From assembly GCA_030704615.1 (NCBI GenBank), contig CM060732.1, forward strand, positions 47,616,001 to 47,680,000: a stretch of 64,000 bases of DNA, written 5' to 3'. Below the pieces are notes generated by a model. The model was not told the origin of the DNA. It saw nothing but the letters and a program-made list of their open reading frames with translations, and ran no database searches. This stretch comes from Takakia lepidozioides. Its lineage: Eukaryota; Plantae; Bryophyta. Position numbers and translations under genes: made by a program. Of this stretch, positions 24,601 through 34,858 are shown in pieces; the first letter of the stretch is position 1; the number at the start of each line of letters is the position of its first letter.

Positions 24601-24736
24601 TCTCCAGGATATCGATGCCAAAAATTGGGCTCTCGGCATTCTTATAAAACTTGTCCCCTGGCGGTGCTTCTTGTGCTTCTTGTGCCTTTAGCAGGGCACC
24701 CCCGCTGTTCCAGTCGGAGGGCTCCCACCCAGACAT
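21659..24736 (-). CDS. VPS18: Vacuolar protein sorting 18 (HOPS/CORVET core subunit), single uninterrupted ORF
   Basis: 1025-aa ORF with a Pep3/Vps18 beta-propeller region (VMATTPTRLY, FAWLAGPGIYHG, LTDFHFL), alpha-solenoid (LKIEDILPFFPDF) and C-terminal RING (CGVC...FPCEHAFHAQC...ECPFCG). Confidence 0.95.
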   Translation of the reverse strand: MSGWEPSDWNSGGALLKAQEAQEAPPGDKFYKNAESPIFGIDILERNAARGHGLVTSVAAGNNVLLVGTNRGWIVRHDFGAGETVELDLSTRGTDQWVQTVSMDPGGRHGLATIFSNAGADTYYIHGKWRKPRVLSKLKNITVSSVAWNRQQINEAFTRDVILGTTKGELFETAIEEKDKKEKYVKQLFAIGEMPEPFIGVQMETVTTGHAMRYFVMATTPTRLYVFVGTGSLEAVFAAYASSTPHFTELPGELPKSELHFYGKQRRSERFAWLAGPGIYHGHLNLGAQPSANQNHGDESNVENKWLLEYSKFAGDEGSAKPCSLALTDFHFLVLFGNNLKVVNRVSQKVVQEERFDNRLDLGSPNMLGLCSDGAAGAFYAFDENSIFEITVQDEGRDMWQVYLSLKEYAAALEHCPDPIRKDYVYAAQAEAAFDAGDYSRAASFYAKTTTVATFETVALKFITVSQPDALRTFLLRKLDFMGKEDRSQITMISTWAAELYLDKINRLLLGAEKENEGQLKEEDSSTIAEYQSTVREFRAFLNDCKDVLDEATTVKLLGSYGRVEELVYFASLKEHYETLIHHYIQQGEAKKALAVFRKPTVSPELQYKFAPALIMLDPHETVESWTLTGFTLNPRRLIPALMRYSCEPRARDEPNAAIRYLEYCIQRQQNQDSTVHNLLLSLYAKQADETVLLRFLDAKHGKGRLDGPDYFYDPKYALRLCLEEKCMRACVFIYGMMGMHEEAVALALQVDLEMAKLEADKVEDNEELRKKLWLMIAKHVVQQGKATKGENIRKAIAFLRETDGLLKIEDILPFFPDFSLIDDFKEAICTSLEDYNRQIEELKRDMNDATQGADNIRSDISALSQRYAVVKRDETCGVCGQRILASRGSHGALGVARGYTSLVAPFYVFPCEHAFHAQCLTDYVIKLTDKSERDRIIELLRCLMSLGNQEVLVRAGGKASHSGRDADPEAADGRIVPVDQLRAQLDDAVAGECPFCGELMIRQIAQPFISSEETDLVSSWAIDR

Positions 24737-24910
24737 CGCTTGGAAGAATGAACTAAACCTATCAAACGGGTCCTGATTGACTTAATCCAGCTGTTTCCAA
24801 AGCTTACTTCAGGCCTGAACTAGAATAAAACTCACTCCGCACATGGGCTAATCACCCCTTGGAAACTAACGTTGACACAAAAAACAAACTCACACGCACA
24901 CACCCGCTCG

Positions 24911-24947
24911 CTCTCTCTCTATCTCTCTCTCTCTCTCCCTCCCTCTC
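24911..24947. repeat. (CT)n/(GA)n microsatellite in the VPS18 5' region
   Basis: An imperfect CT run about 175-210 bp upstream of the VPS18 ATG, typical of plant 5' UTR or promoter tracts. Confidence 0.8.
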
Positions 24948-24949
24948 AG

Positions 24950-25290
24950 GGCAGGAAGCCTACCTTTGAACAGCAAACAGAAGCAGAGAGGAAAGGGAGA
25001 GTGCAATTGCCCGTTGTGTGGGCAACCCGAAGACAATATTCATTTCCTGATTCACTGTCCGGGGTTCTCTCACCAGAGAGACGCTCTCCTCAAATGCATC
25101 AAGGGAATTGTGCCTGTACCTCTGTTACCAACTTTGAAAGTCTCGAGGCTGAGCCAAAAGCCCAGGCCCTTCTGGGGCCTAGTTACTGGGCAAATCACGC
25201 ACAGCAGATTGATGCTTGTGTGAAGGGATTTCTAGAGGATATCTGGAAAACCCGGATCAACGTTCTTTACCAAGGTAAGTCTTACTACCG
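24950..25290 (+). mobile_element. LINE 3' remnant (C-terminal Zn knuckle)
   Basis: Translates as ECNCPLCGQPEDNIHFLIHCP, followed by frameshifted ...FLEDIWKTR, typical of a LINE ORF2 C-terminus. Confidence 0.7.
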
Positions 25291-25789
25291 ACGTCAGCCC
25301 CTGACAGAGGTTAGGTCCTGTCCCTTTGTGTTCCGCTCAAACTGGGCGCTGGCTCAATGGCTACTATCTTTGTGTTGAAGGCCTCGACTACATTTGCTTG
25401 AATTAAATATTATGGAGTAGACTGTACAATTGGATCTCATTGTATGAGTTTAATCAGCTGGAAGTAATCTCTGTACAATGTTTTTTTCAAGAATGTATCT
25501 TCGGATATATGGTCGGTATGGTGAAACGTATAGAAAACCACAACAAATCAACCTTGATGTGACGGACCATCAAGTGCGCATCAGTGACTGGAGGTTGCAA
25601 GTCAAATTCGGCCAACATTAATGGCATCAACCAACGATTGCACATAGACTTTTCTCTCCTGTTGTGTCATTGTAGATGCATATTTAGGTACATATTTATT
25701 TTTCGATGGTTTTTTATTTATTATGAAGGCAGTTTCGGCATTATGGTGCCAAAACCAGGACATTAATGTAAACATTTTAAGAATGAGAT

Positions 25790-26141
25790 GCCTCCCGGAG
25801 TCGGAGAATCAATGGTAGGGTCAAAGACCGGGAGAAGCACCACCAAGTTTGATGCTCCACAGAAGAGCTCTAGTCTTTCGGAGCGCCGGGACGCAAAGAG
25901 TACGTCGACAAAATGGAGTTAGAAAGTTGTGGTCCCTCCCCTTTGGCCCTGTCATTTCCCCGTTCCATCGCTTTGAATTTCTACATTTCTTGAGCTTCCC
26001 CATGCTATCTCCCTGATCTTAGTTTTAGTTTGGAGTAGGTCTCGTCTATCAGCCTTCATGGCTTGTGCAAGGTTATTTTTTCCTTGATTAATAAAATTTT
26101 CTCAAGGGCCTCTGTCCCCTTTTCTCAAAATAAAATAAAAA
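25790..26141 (+). mobile_element. Possible retroelement (LINE) 3' end
   Basis: A GC-richer block ending in AATAAAA...CAAAATAAAATAAAAA, an A-rich tail. No clear protein motif. Confidence 0.3.
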
Positions 26142-27929
26142 TCCAAAGCCAACTTGAAGGGTCTTGAGCATCTCTGCAGCATAAAGACCTTGAATATGAT
26201 TTTAGGATACTCTGTTGTTCCCCATATAATTGTTGACCATCAATTCAGTAACATGAAGAGATCTGACCAAATCCTTGTATAACCAAAGAAGTTTCATTTC
26301 ATGTGAAGTATATTGATTGCGGGTGGAGGAAGATGGGTCATGTTAACTTTGAAGGGTAAATATACTATGTACTTCGCATAGGGACTGACCTAACTAGGTG
26401 AGGATTGTTGAGACTTTAGCTTTGATTACCTTCAGGATTAAGTAGTCATCAATGATGCATTGGAGCTCACCATAGGGTGTGCTCATGTTTTGAGCAAGGA
26501 CATGGTCTAGAGATTGTGTCATCTTATGTGGGCAGGCCTCCATCCACAACCCACAACGCCACACTACACTTCTGTTTGTAGATATTGAGGCTCAGACTGA
26601 TAAAGAGGGTATGATTTGTAATAGGGACGTTGTAAACAATGAAGTGTCAATGTCAACAGTGAACGGAGATCATCTATGAGTGGTTGGCACTTGATATGTC
26701 TTCATCCAATTTGTAGCTCTATTGCAAAATCCATATTTCTCAGCCACTGGACAGTGCTACATGTGCTACATATAGTTGTTCAACCAAAGTGGAGATTGGA
26801 TTAGGAATTATTATATGTGATAGACTCCGACTTTGATAGGCTAGAAGCTGCACCTCGTTCTCCACCTGATTGAAAGTTTTATGTACTGTTAATTCTTGAC
26901 ACAAACTGATATTTCAAGTTCTTGCCATCAGCCATAAGCAATCAACCATCAGCTATAAACAATCAGCTATCAGCAAGGGTCACTTGGTATTTGCTGAAGT
27001 GACAAAGCAAAAGCTTCATCAGCTAATAAACGATTACGTATATTAAATTTATTTATCAAGTGTTTGTCGCAATTACATGGAAACCATGGTTTCAATAATA
27101 AATCATAAACATTGTTTTAGTTTTTCAACATTGTTTTATAGACAATATAACAAGCTTGTTCGGAGTGCTTATTTTTTCAATACAACTGTTATTCTATTAG
27201 GAAATGAGATATATAGATTCAAGTGGCCATGTAGACTAATTTGTATTGCTCATGAATTAGTGAAGGTCTTTGTTTTGCAAGGTTGGACTCTAACAAATAG
27301 GAAACACAACATCACGCATCCTAATGCAATAACTGCTACCCCTCCCATCTCGAAACACTTCTCCGTGTGTATTGTTCGTAATTGCAATATTGCTCCGCCA
27401 ACTACTATGACCTGTACAGTTTCAGTTTGGGTACGTTTGGAACCCTAAACCCTACGTTCTACACACACCCGGGGTATAGGTTGTACGACACACAAATAGG
27501 GTTGGTTCTGGCATACTCTTACCTATACCTTTGCACATATGCTGGCCGATTGGCACATACCAGTACAACACTGATTTAAACTCCAAAATCATGTCAATCA
27601 TTTCACAACCAATCCATAATTATGTAAGGGCAGGGCTCGCATGTAACCATGCATTTGTTTAGCAAATGTACGCGCATTTTATGGAAGACTGTTAGGTCAA
27701 CTTTGATAGGAACTACTTGGGAATTGATACCAGATCAAGAATATGAAGACACTATAGGATAGAGAAAGAAATGTGGGTTCAAAACCTAGACAAGGCGCCA
27801 GTCATTGAAGAAATCCCATCTATTAGTTCTAACTAACTCTGATTTGTCTTCAGTCACATCACAAATGTCAACCAATTTTACCTGTAGTTGTGGAGGTGCC
27901 CATTGTCGTGCCCATTGGTTTGAGGCCTT

Positions 27930-29050
27930 TAAAAATTCCTTATAGTTTACCTTATTTTTTGGAGAGGCTCAGGATAACCCTGGAAATCATGTTCAAAAGT
28001 TCATTCAAATTTGTAATTCAAATCAAGCACTTGATACTGCTTATTGGCTTATTTGGTTTCCCACTACATTTAAGGACAAGGCGTTAATCTGGTATTGGCA
28101 GCCCGATGGATCTTTTGTGGTTTGGGATCAGATTGGAGATGCTTTCTTGAATCAATTTCGTGCAGTGCACCAATTTTCTAATGGCACTAGCAAGAATCCG
28201 TCAATGCCTTATGGAAGAAGTAGCGGACTTTGAAATGAGATTCCGGGAGCTGATACAACTCCAAAATCGGTTGACTCATTTAAATGATGAGGTGCGCAAA
28301 GATTGTTTTTTGAGTGGTTTACGAGATGTTACTCACTTCCATGTTTTGCAGCAAAAGCCTGCAACATTCGCAGATACTATCAATGCAGGGAAAGAATTCG
28401 ACAATATGCACAGGCAAGTTCAACGAGCCAATTAAATGTCGGAGCTTAAATTGCCTTCCTAACATCACCATTGAGCCCGCCAATGAGCCGGTTTTACTAG
28501 TGGCCATTCAGCCAGCTTTACATTATACGTCCTCATATGTCGGAGGAGCGAGGCCATATGTTCTAGCAACGGCTACAGGACCAGTTGCGACCCTGACAGT
28601 ACCACGGAATGCTAGTGCAGTTCCGACCAACTCCCATGTGGATTCAACCAAACAATCCGACTCGCAAGTTGGCATTTAGAAGCACAAGTGACACCTTTCA
28701 TGAAGATGATCAAGACAATGGGTGATCGTCTGAGTTCCATTGGTCAACAAATCACCCGCTATGCCGACTATCGAGACTCGACCCCAATCGAAGAATCGGA
28801 CCCCTATCCAACAAAGGTATGGTGTTTCAACTACTACAGAGCAGGTCACACTCCTCAACATTGTCTTTATTCTATTCGGGAAAGGCAGGTAAGCCGAAAC
28901 TATCAGCATAGGCAAAAGAATCAGGACAACCGGTCTTCTGGTCAGAGAAGTTGTCAGAAATATGGGAGAACAACCTATCGAACTGAAAAATGGTAGAAAA
29001 ACCTTGTATGTCTTCATTGTGGTAGACAAGGTCACCCATTTGACAGATCT
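27930..29050 (+). mobile_element. Degenerate Ty3/gypsy gag remnant
   Basis: Frameshifted translations DNPGNHVQKFIQIC, FPTTFKDKALIWY, WDQIGDAFLNQF, RQCLMEEVADFEMRF, KDCFLSGLR, plus decayed CCHC knuckles (CFNYYRAGHTPQHC; CLHCGRQGH). Confidence 0.7.
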
Positions 29051-32000
29051 TCCACCAGGCAAGTGGACCGACCCACGCATGCCACTAAACAGCAAGTGGA
29101 GAGAAATCTAGATAGGCAAAGGGCTCCATTTTCACATCAATATATGACTGTTCAACCAACTTCTCTACCACTGCAACACAACATGTATTTTGCATGTTTT
29201 TTTTTAAAAAAAAAACCTCATTACAACACCCATATCGGGCATATCCTGCTACAATTATAGTCCATGTAGATGTATCTCGTTCAGTCATTTTGTCAAACAC
29301 TTGGCATGCATCGACCACATTTGGCATACATGTTGACAAGGGTGTTGAGTAAAACAATGTTTGGCTTGAATCCACTCTGGATCGTCGGGTCAAAATGTCC
29401 ACTGCCTCTTTCAAACGTCCTGCCTTACATAGAGTCCTCATATCCCCAGAAGTGCCATAACAGTTCTTGTTGACTTCCTCTCTTTGTCCTCTTTCAAAAG
29501 CAGTGGTGATGGAGGTACTACTTTGGCCGCCAAATTGACATCCAACAAGCAATTGTGCCTGATTCAGCCGTGCTATCCTGTGTGACTCCAACTCTTAAAT
29601 GCAAGCTTGTAGACTGTCAAGTTGAATAATAAATCCCAAAACTCCTGGATGCTCAAAACAAAGACCTCTTCATGGGCACAGGCTTCTCGCATCAGATTTA
29701 CATGACTCCAAGACTACAGAAATCATGTATATTTGATAATAAACAATATCAATTCTCTCTAAAACCTTGAATCCTGATCAAAACAATACCTGTTGTATTG
29801 TCTTCATGGGGATATTTGGCAAAACCATCACTAGATTACAACAACGGCAATTAACTCTGGTTCCACCCAAGGATGGTTTGTCCAACTCAAAATCCAAAGC
29901 ACCTCCTTGGCCCACTTATGTCCAAAGTCTGGCGACCTTGCATGTTTCTGTGAAAAGCGGGAGTGGGTAGCTGAGCAGCCATAGCTTCAAGCACAGCCTT
30001 GCATTGAGCTACAACCAACAAAGCACCACACGTAGATCTTTAAACAACATGTCATAACTTTGAACAAAGAAACTTCAATATTATTATTGACCAATAACTG
30101 ACTGATTCAACAATAAGAATGCAACCATGATCCAGCACAAAAATACATTATACTAGCTTTACTGAGAATCCTACAAATGACTGGGTAATAACTGAGATAA
30201 TTCACCTTGTTAGTTGTACTGCCCTACCATTGTGAAGACTCTGACTTAAACTCTTGCCAAAGCTGTTCTATAAATTTTGCTCCGCTTGCATGCAAACACC
30301 ACTAAAGGATATGTCTTTAGCATATCCCTACTTGCATTAGTCTTATTAAGGAATGCTAGAGTAGGCATTCCACAATATCAACCTCTGTCTCTGCCACTGC
30401 CTGTCCTCAAGGGCATTTTGACTGTGCAATCAAATCCAAATTTGCTACACTGTATCCAATTGGGGGCTAGAATAGCAATATATTACGCCCCTGCTAGCCT
30501 TAAACGAGACTCAATCCCTGTAACTGGACCTCCGGCGTCAGTGCTATGATGTTTGCATTTGAGTAACCCCACAACTGGCTCCAGGAGGGCTAATCCCTGC
30601 ACTTATGTGAACCCCTATCCATCCCTTAGTGTGACTGTGGCTCTACAATGGTCCAGAGACACAACAACAATGAGTCACCGGATCGGGTGGTTCTCCAGGT
30701 CGACGTCACCAACGCTTTCAACACTGTGTCACGAGCGGCTATCTTTCAGCAGCTCCGTTCAGCCCGAGGAGATTTCCACCAGCTCATTCCGTTTGTTTGA
30801 TTATTCTATGCATCCACCACTCCTCTATACTACAGTCATCATTCTCGCCTTGGTGAGTGCTCCATCATTCAGTCCGAGGTTGGGACCCGCCAAGGCGACC
30901 CTTTAGGAGACCTTTGTTTGCCATGGCTCATGTCCGCACCCTCACGGCTTCTGCACAAGTACACTCATCTTGTCTTTTTCCGTCGGTGGCAGACGACACG
31001 CACATTGTAGGCCCTGCCTCACATGTACTTTCAGCTTACCATCATTTTGTCACCCAACTCTCTGCCGTGGGCCTTTCAGTGCAATCTCGCAAATGTGCGG
31101 TGTGGTCTCCGTCCGGTCTCCCTGCAGATTTTGTCCTCCCTGCTCACTTCATTGCTCCGCCCAATGGCATCAGAATCCTAGGAGTCCCTTTTGGCACCAC
31201 CCAGTTCACAACGCCCTTCTTGGAAGATGCACTCCACCAGGATACCACCCACGCCGATCTCATTCCTAGGCTCGGAGATGTACAAGTAGCATATGGAATC
31301 TTGACCAAATGTTTCTTTCAGCGTCCCTCATATCTCTTGCGCACTGTTCCACCCAGCCCAGATTTCCTACGCCTCTTATCTGGGTTTGATACTACCATGA
31401 TGACCATCTTCGGAAGATTGTTAGGACCAGGAGCTTTGGAGGGTGCTCAGGGACTTTTGCCACGATAGCAAGCCACCCTGCCCGTCTCTTCCGGTGGTGT
31501 GGGTCTTTTGTCCACTGTCACTACCGCCCCGTCAGCTTTCCTCGGCAGTTAGGCGTTGGTGGCGCCAGCCCTTGTTTCACGATTTCTCTATGACCATCGT
31601 CCCATCCTTATGGACGTTGTTGCACATGTCGACAGAGGCATTTTACCCTTCCAGCAGCATCTCCGCTCTGCACGAGATCTTCTTCCGGCACCGGCGCGAG
31701 CATGTCTACCACCATTTGAGCAGTTGGTTGCTCAAGGTCTCGACCATCTTCAGGAGTCCATTTCCGAGCGCATGCACCGTCATTCATTTTCCGACATGCT
31801 CTCAAATGCTTCTTCTAAGTTGCATCGAGCCGGACTTCTATCATACGTAGGACCCGGAGCAGGGGCATGGTTGGCAACACGACCCACTATCGCACATTTT
31901 CGCCTCTCATCTCCTATTTTCACTACTGCGCTCCGCCTTCGACTCGGTTTACCTCATCCTTCGGCATTGGGCCTTCAGCGCTGCATCTGTCTTCAGCCCA

Positions 32001-32136
32001 TCGATGACCTTGTCATCCATCTCCTCCGCTGTCCATGTGGTGGTGAGCGTACTGCGTCTCATGATATGGTTCGCGATGCGGTGACATCTATTGCTCGGGA
32101 GGCAGGGTATCATGTACTGCGTGAGCAACCACATCT

Positions 32137-32278
32137 ACGACACAAATTGAAAACATGTCAAGGATGTTTTCTGCCTAACTTCATTTTCTGCCCAATCACA
32201 TCTCCTCTACGCTGATGATGTTGCCCTTTTGGCACAATCCCCGGTCTTTCTACAACGCCATATCAAAATTTTGACCCA
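32137..32278 (+). mobile_element. Short foreign LINE RT fragment nested in the CRE-like element
   Basis: Reads HLLYADDVALLAQSPVFLQRHIKIL and interrupts the host ORF between EQPHL and TRRHVDIV. Confidence 0.65.
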
Positions 32279-32777
32279 CGCTCACATCCCACTCTACACG
32301 CCGCCATGTTGACATCGTCCTATCTAGAGATGGTTTGCGTACCCTAGCAGATGTCGTTCTCGCCGACCCCACTCGAGCGGATCTGCTATCTCGCGCAGCT
32401 ACCACACCAAGCACAACAGCCACTGTAGCAGCTCAGGCCAAAGAGCGCGACTACAGCGATCGTCACCCCATTGACACATTTCTTCCACTGGCGGTCGAGA
32501 TATTTGGCTCATTGCACCGGCACTTCAACGATTTCCTGCGGACACGTGCACATAATGCATCCAAGAGCGGGTCCACTGGCATCCCACATGCCTCCGTCCT
32601 TGTCGCCTACTATCGACAACGTGTTTCAGTTGCTTTGCAGAGAGCACAAGCCATATCTATTTTGCATCGGGCTGATGTGGCTAGCTCCGCGTCATCTCAT
32701 CTTCCGCCTCTGCCCGACGCTTTGCCTATCTCCTTACCTGATGTCCTCCATGCTGTTGGCTGGGAGGGTCGCTCTGC

Positions 32778-32925
32778 TTGAGTAGCTTACTATAGCTTTT
32801 GTTTTCGTCGTTGGTTGAGTAGCTTACTTTAGCTTTTGTTTTCTTCTCTAGTTGAGTAGCTTACTATAGCTTTTGTTTTCTTCTCTAGCTCAGTAGCTTA
32901 CTATAGCTTTTTGTTTTCTTCTCTT
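32778..32925 (+). repeat. About 37-bp tandem repeat x4 in the 3' UTR of the CRE-like element
   Basis: The unit GAGTAGCTTACTATAGCTTTTGTTTTCTTCTCTAGTT is repeated four times with few changes. Confidence 0.9.
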
Positions 32926-34858
32926 GTTTGTTGTTCCTTCCCCCCCCTTGGGAACTTCTCCTCATATGCACGTTCACCCGTTGTACATGTTGTAAATAAA
33001 GTCTTACAGGTTTCAACATCGAGCCCTCTCCATTCAGGGGTGAGCTCAAATGCTGCAATCTTCGAAATTGCAGCGATTCCAGATGAGGCCTGGGAAGATA
33101 CAAAATTTTATACCTTTCTGTAGTTCACCTGGACGCTGGAGGGCCGTCATATTCACCACTTGCAAGCGTCTTTATCCCAGCATTGACAAGCCGGATGCCG
33201 ACTTCACCTCCACAGCCTGGCCGGTTAACTTGCTACATAACGTGAGGCCGCCTGCCCCTCCGCCCCTTCACCGCAAGGAGAAGAAGAAGATAGGGCTTTG
33301 CCCATGGCCTAATCTGGGCGCTCAGGAGATCTGCACAGCACGCTGCCATCGCTGAGAGAGGGCTCTCAAAAGCGAGCCCACAGTGAAACCACGGCCTCGT
33401 ATACCGTATATGATACGCAGCCCTTGGTATACAGGAGGCTCACATATATTCCTGAAGATCGATGGTACAGTCGTGACGTCCTGATGTAAAATTATTTTCC
33501 AGTAGGCTGATGGAAAGAAGAGGCTGGTGCTGGCAGGTATGAGACTTTGGGTCATTGCAATTCGCTTTGAAATGTAGTCGATCTTGAGGTGGGTATTTCT
33601 TCCGGACAGAGACGTCTTTCTGTTCTATTGCGGCGTGATACCGGTGGAAGTTTTCAAGAAGCCTTCGGTTTTTATTCTGATTTGGGTTTTTCCCCTTCGT
33701 ATTCTTGGAGCCTTCTCTCAGTTGGGATTTCTCTCTTTCATGGGGAATTGGGAGGCCTTCGAGGACGTTGATGAAGATTCTTCTTCAGGGTCCTCCCGAA
33801 TGTGGTATTTCGTCGTTGCATCGGCCTTATAGCTCTCCGGGGACTTTGAATTACTTCTTTCTTCGTCGCCTCCCTCTCCCATATTATCGCAATGGGTGCA
33901 CACTGTCGCTTGCCATGCGCAAGCACGATTGGTCACAAGAGGACATGCACGTCTGGATTTTCAATTGTACCCCTGAGCCTGCGGGTGGGGAGTGCAGCTC
34001 TGTGCTACGCAATGCTGGACGGGAGCTAGAGAAGAGTAGAGTAATAAATCTGGAGCAGACGATATAATGCGGGATGGTGCTTCTGGTGAGCTGTTTATTT
34101 TGCGCACAGGTTCTTGTTCCTCGTAGCCTTCGAAAGACTATCGGAAATTTGATCAAAATATAGAGGGTATGATGATCTCCCTTTCACATTCAGAGTGTCG
34201 CAATCCGTCAGACGGCCCTGGACATCATTGCACCGCAAGTTCCAGATGAAAATTGCACCGTTGCAATTGGAGGTTGGGTACAGGTAGTTAGGCATCACAT
34301 TAAGGATGTCTGTATTTTTCTCTTCATCTCAGAGCCATAATTTTCTTCCTAGCAATCTCAAAAGCCCGTTGCAACGTATCCTGTGCATGCCAGAGGTATG
34401 ATCACGGTGCAGCTTCTTAAAAAACAATGACAAGCAGGAATCTTGCGGCCCCGGGTGAGGGTAGGCAAAGCCTGGGCCAGGATTTGTTGTGGCAGAAGTA
34501 TTCCAACATGGTTTCTCAGAGCAGCATCTATCTTAAGTATTTTCCCTTGAAATCCTCCAGGTGGCTGAATACGTAAGCCTAGGGACATGATCTAGAAGCA
34601 TCCCTTGAAATGGACTTTTTTTGTGTGCAACAGGTAGATAGCATGATTTCCCCTTGGTGGCTAATGCTACACTTTGCTGCCATGTACCACTTACAAGGGC
34701 CCCGCCATGGAGACGTGAAACTTAACGGGCTTCATATCTGTTGTTCCACAGAGCGATCAGGAGCCGGCTTTCCTTGCTGGGGACCTGAGTAAAGCCATTT
34801 GAAGGCTCTATCAAATCCTTACAAACAAGGGAACAAAAATTGGCAGCAGGAAAGAAGG

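Larger units (their letters stand above)
30679..33020 (+). mobile_element. 5'-truncated CRE-like non-LTR retrotransposon (RT, Zn knuckle, restriction-like endonuclease)
   Basis: RT motifs LQVDVTNAFNTVSR, GTRQGDPLG, VADD, RILGVPFG. Also LRLRLG, CxC...HLLRC.CGG....HD.VRD, and RLE-type RHVDIV...DVVLADP...AAQAKERDY...FLPLAVEIFG...RQRVSVALQRAQA. Contains stops and frameshifts and is absent from copy 1. Confidence 0.85.
29211..33349 (-). pseudogene. Truncated PDF-PPR pseudogene (exons 1-3 and the start of exon 4)
   Basis: Homologous to 14975-16841. It has indels in exon 1, a mutated exon-2 acceptor (CAG>CAA), a TGG>TAG stop in the WW motif, deletions in the PPR exon, truncation after about two repeats and a retrotransposon in intron 1. 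Confidence 0.9.

Noticed and set aside
27441-27454. Telomeric repeat AACCCTAAACCCTA
   Set aside because: Only two units and not near a gene start, so it cannot be distinguished from chance or an isolated telo-box.
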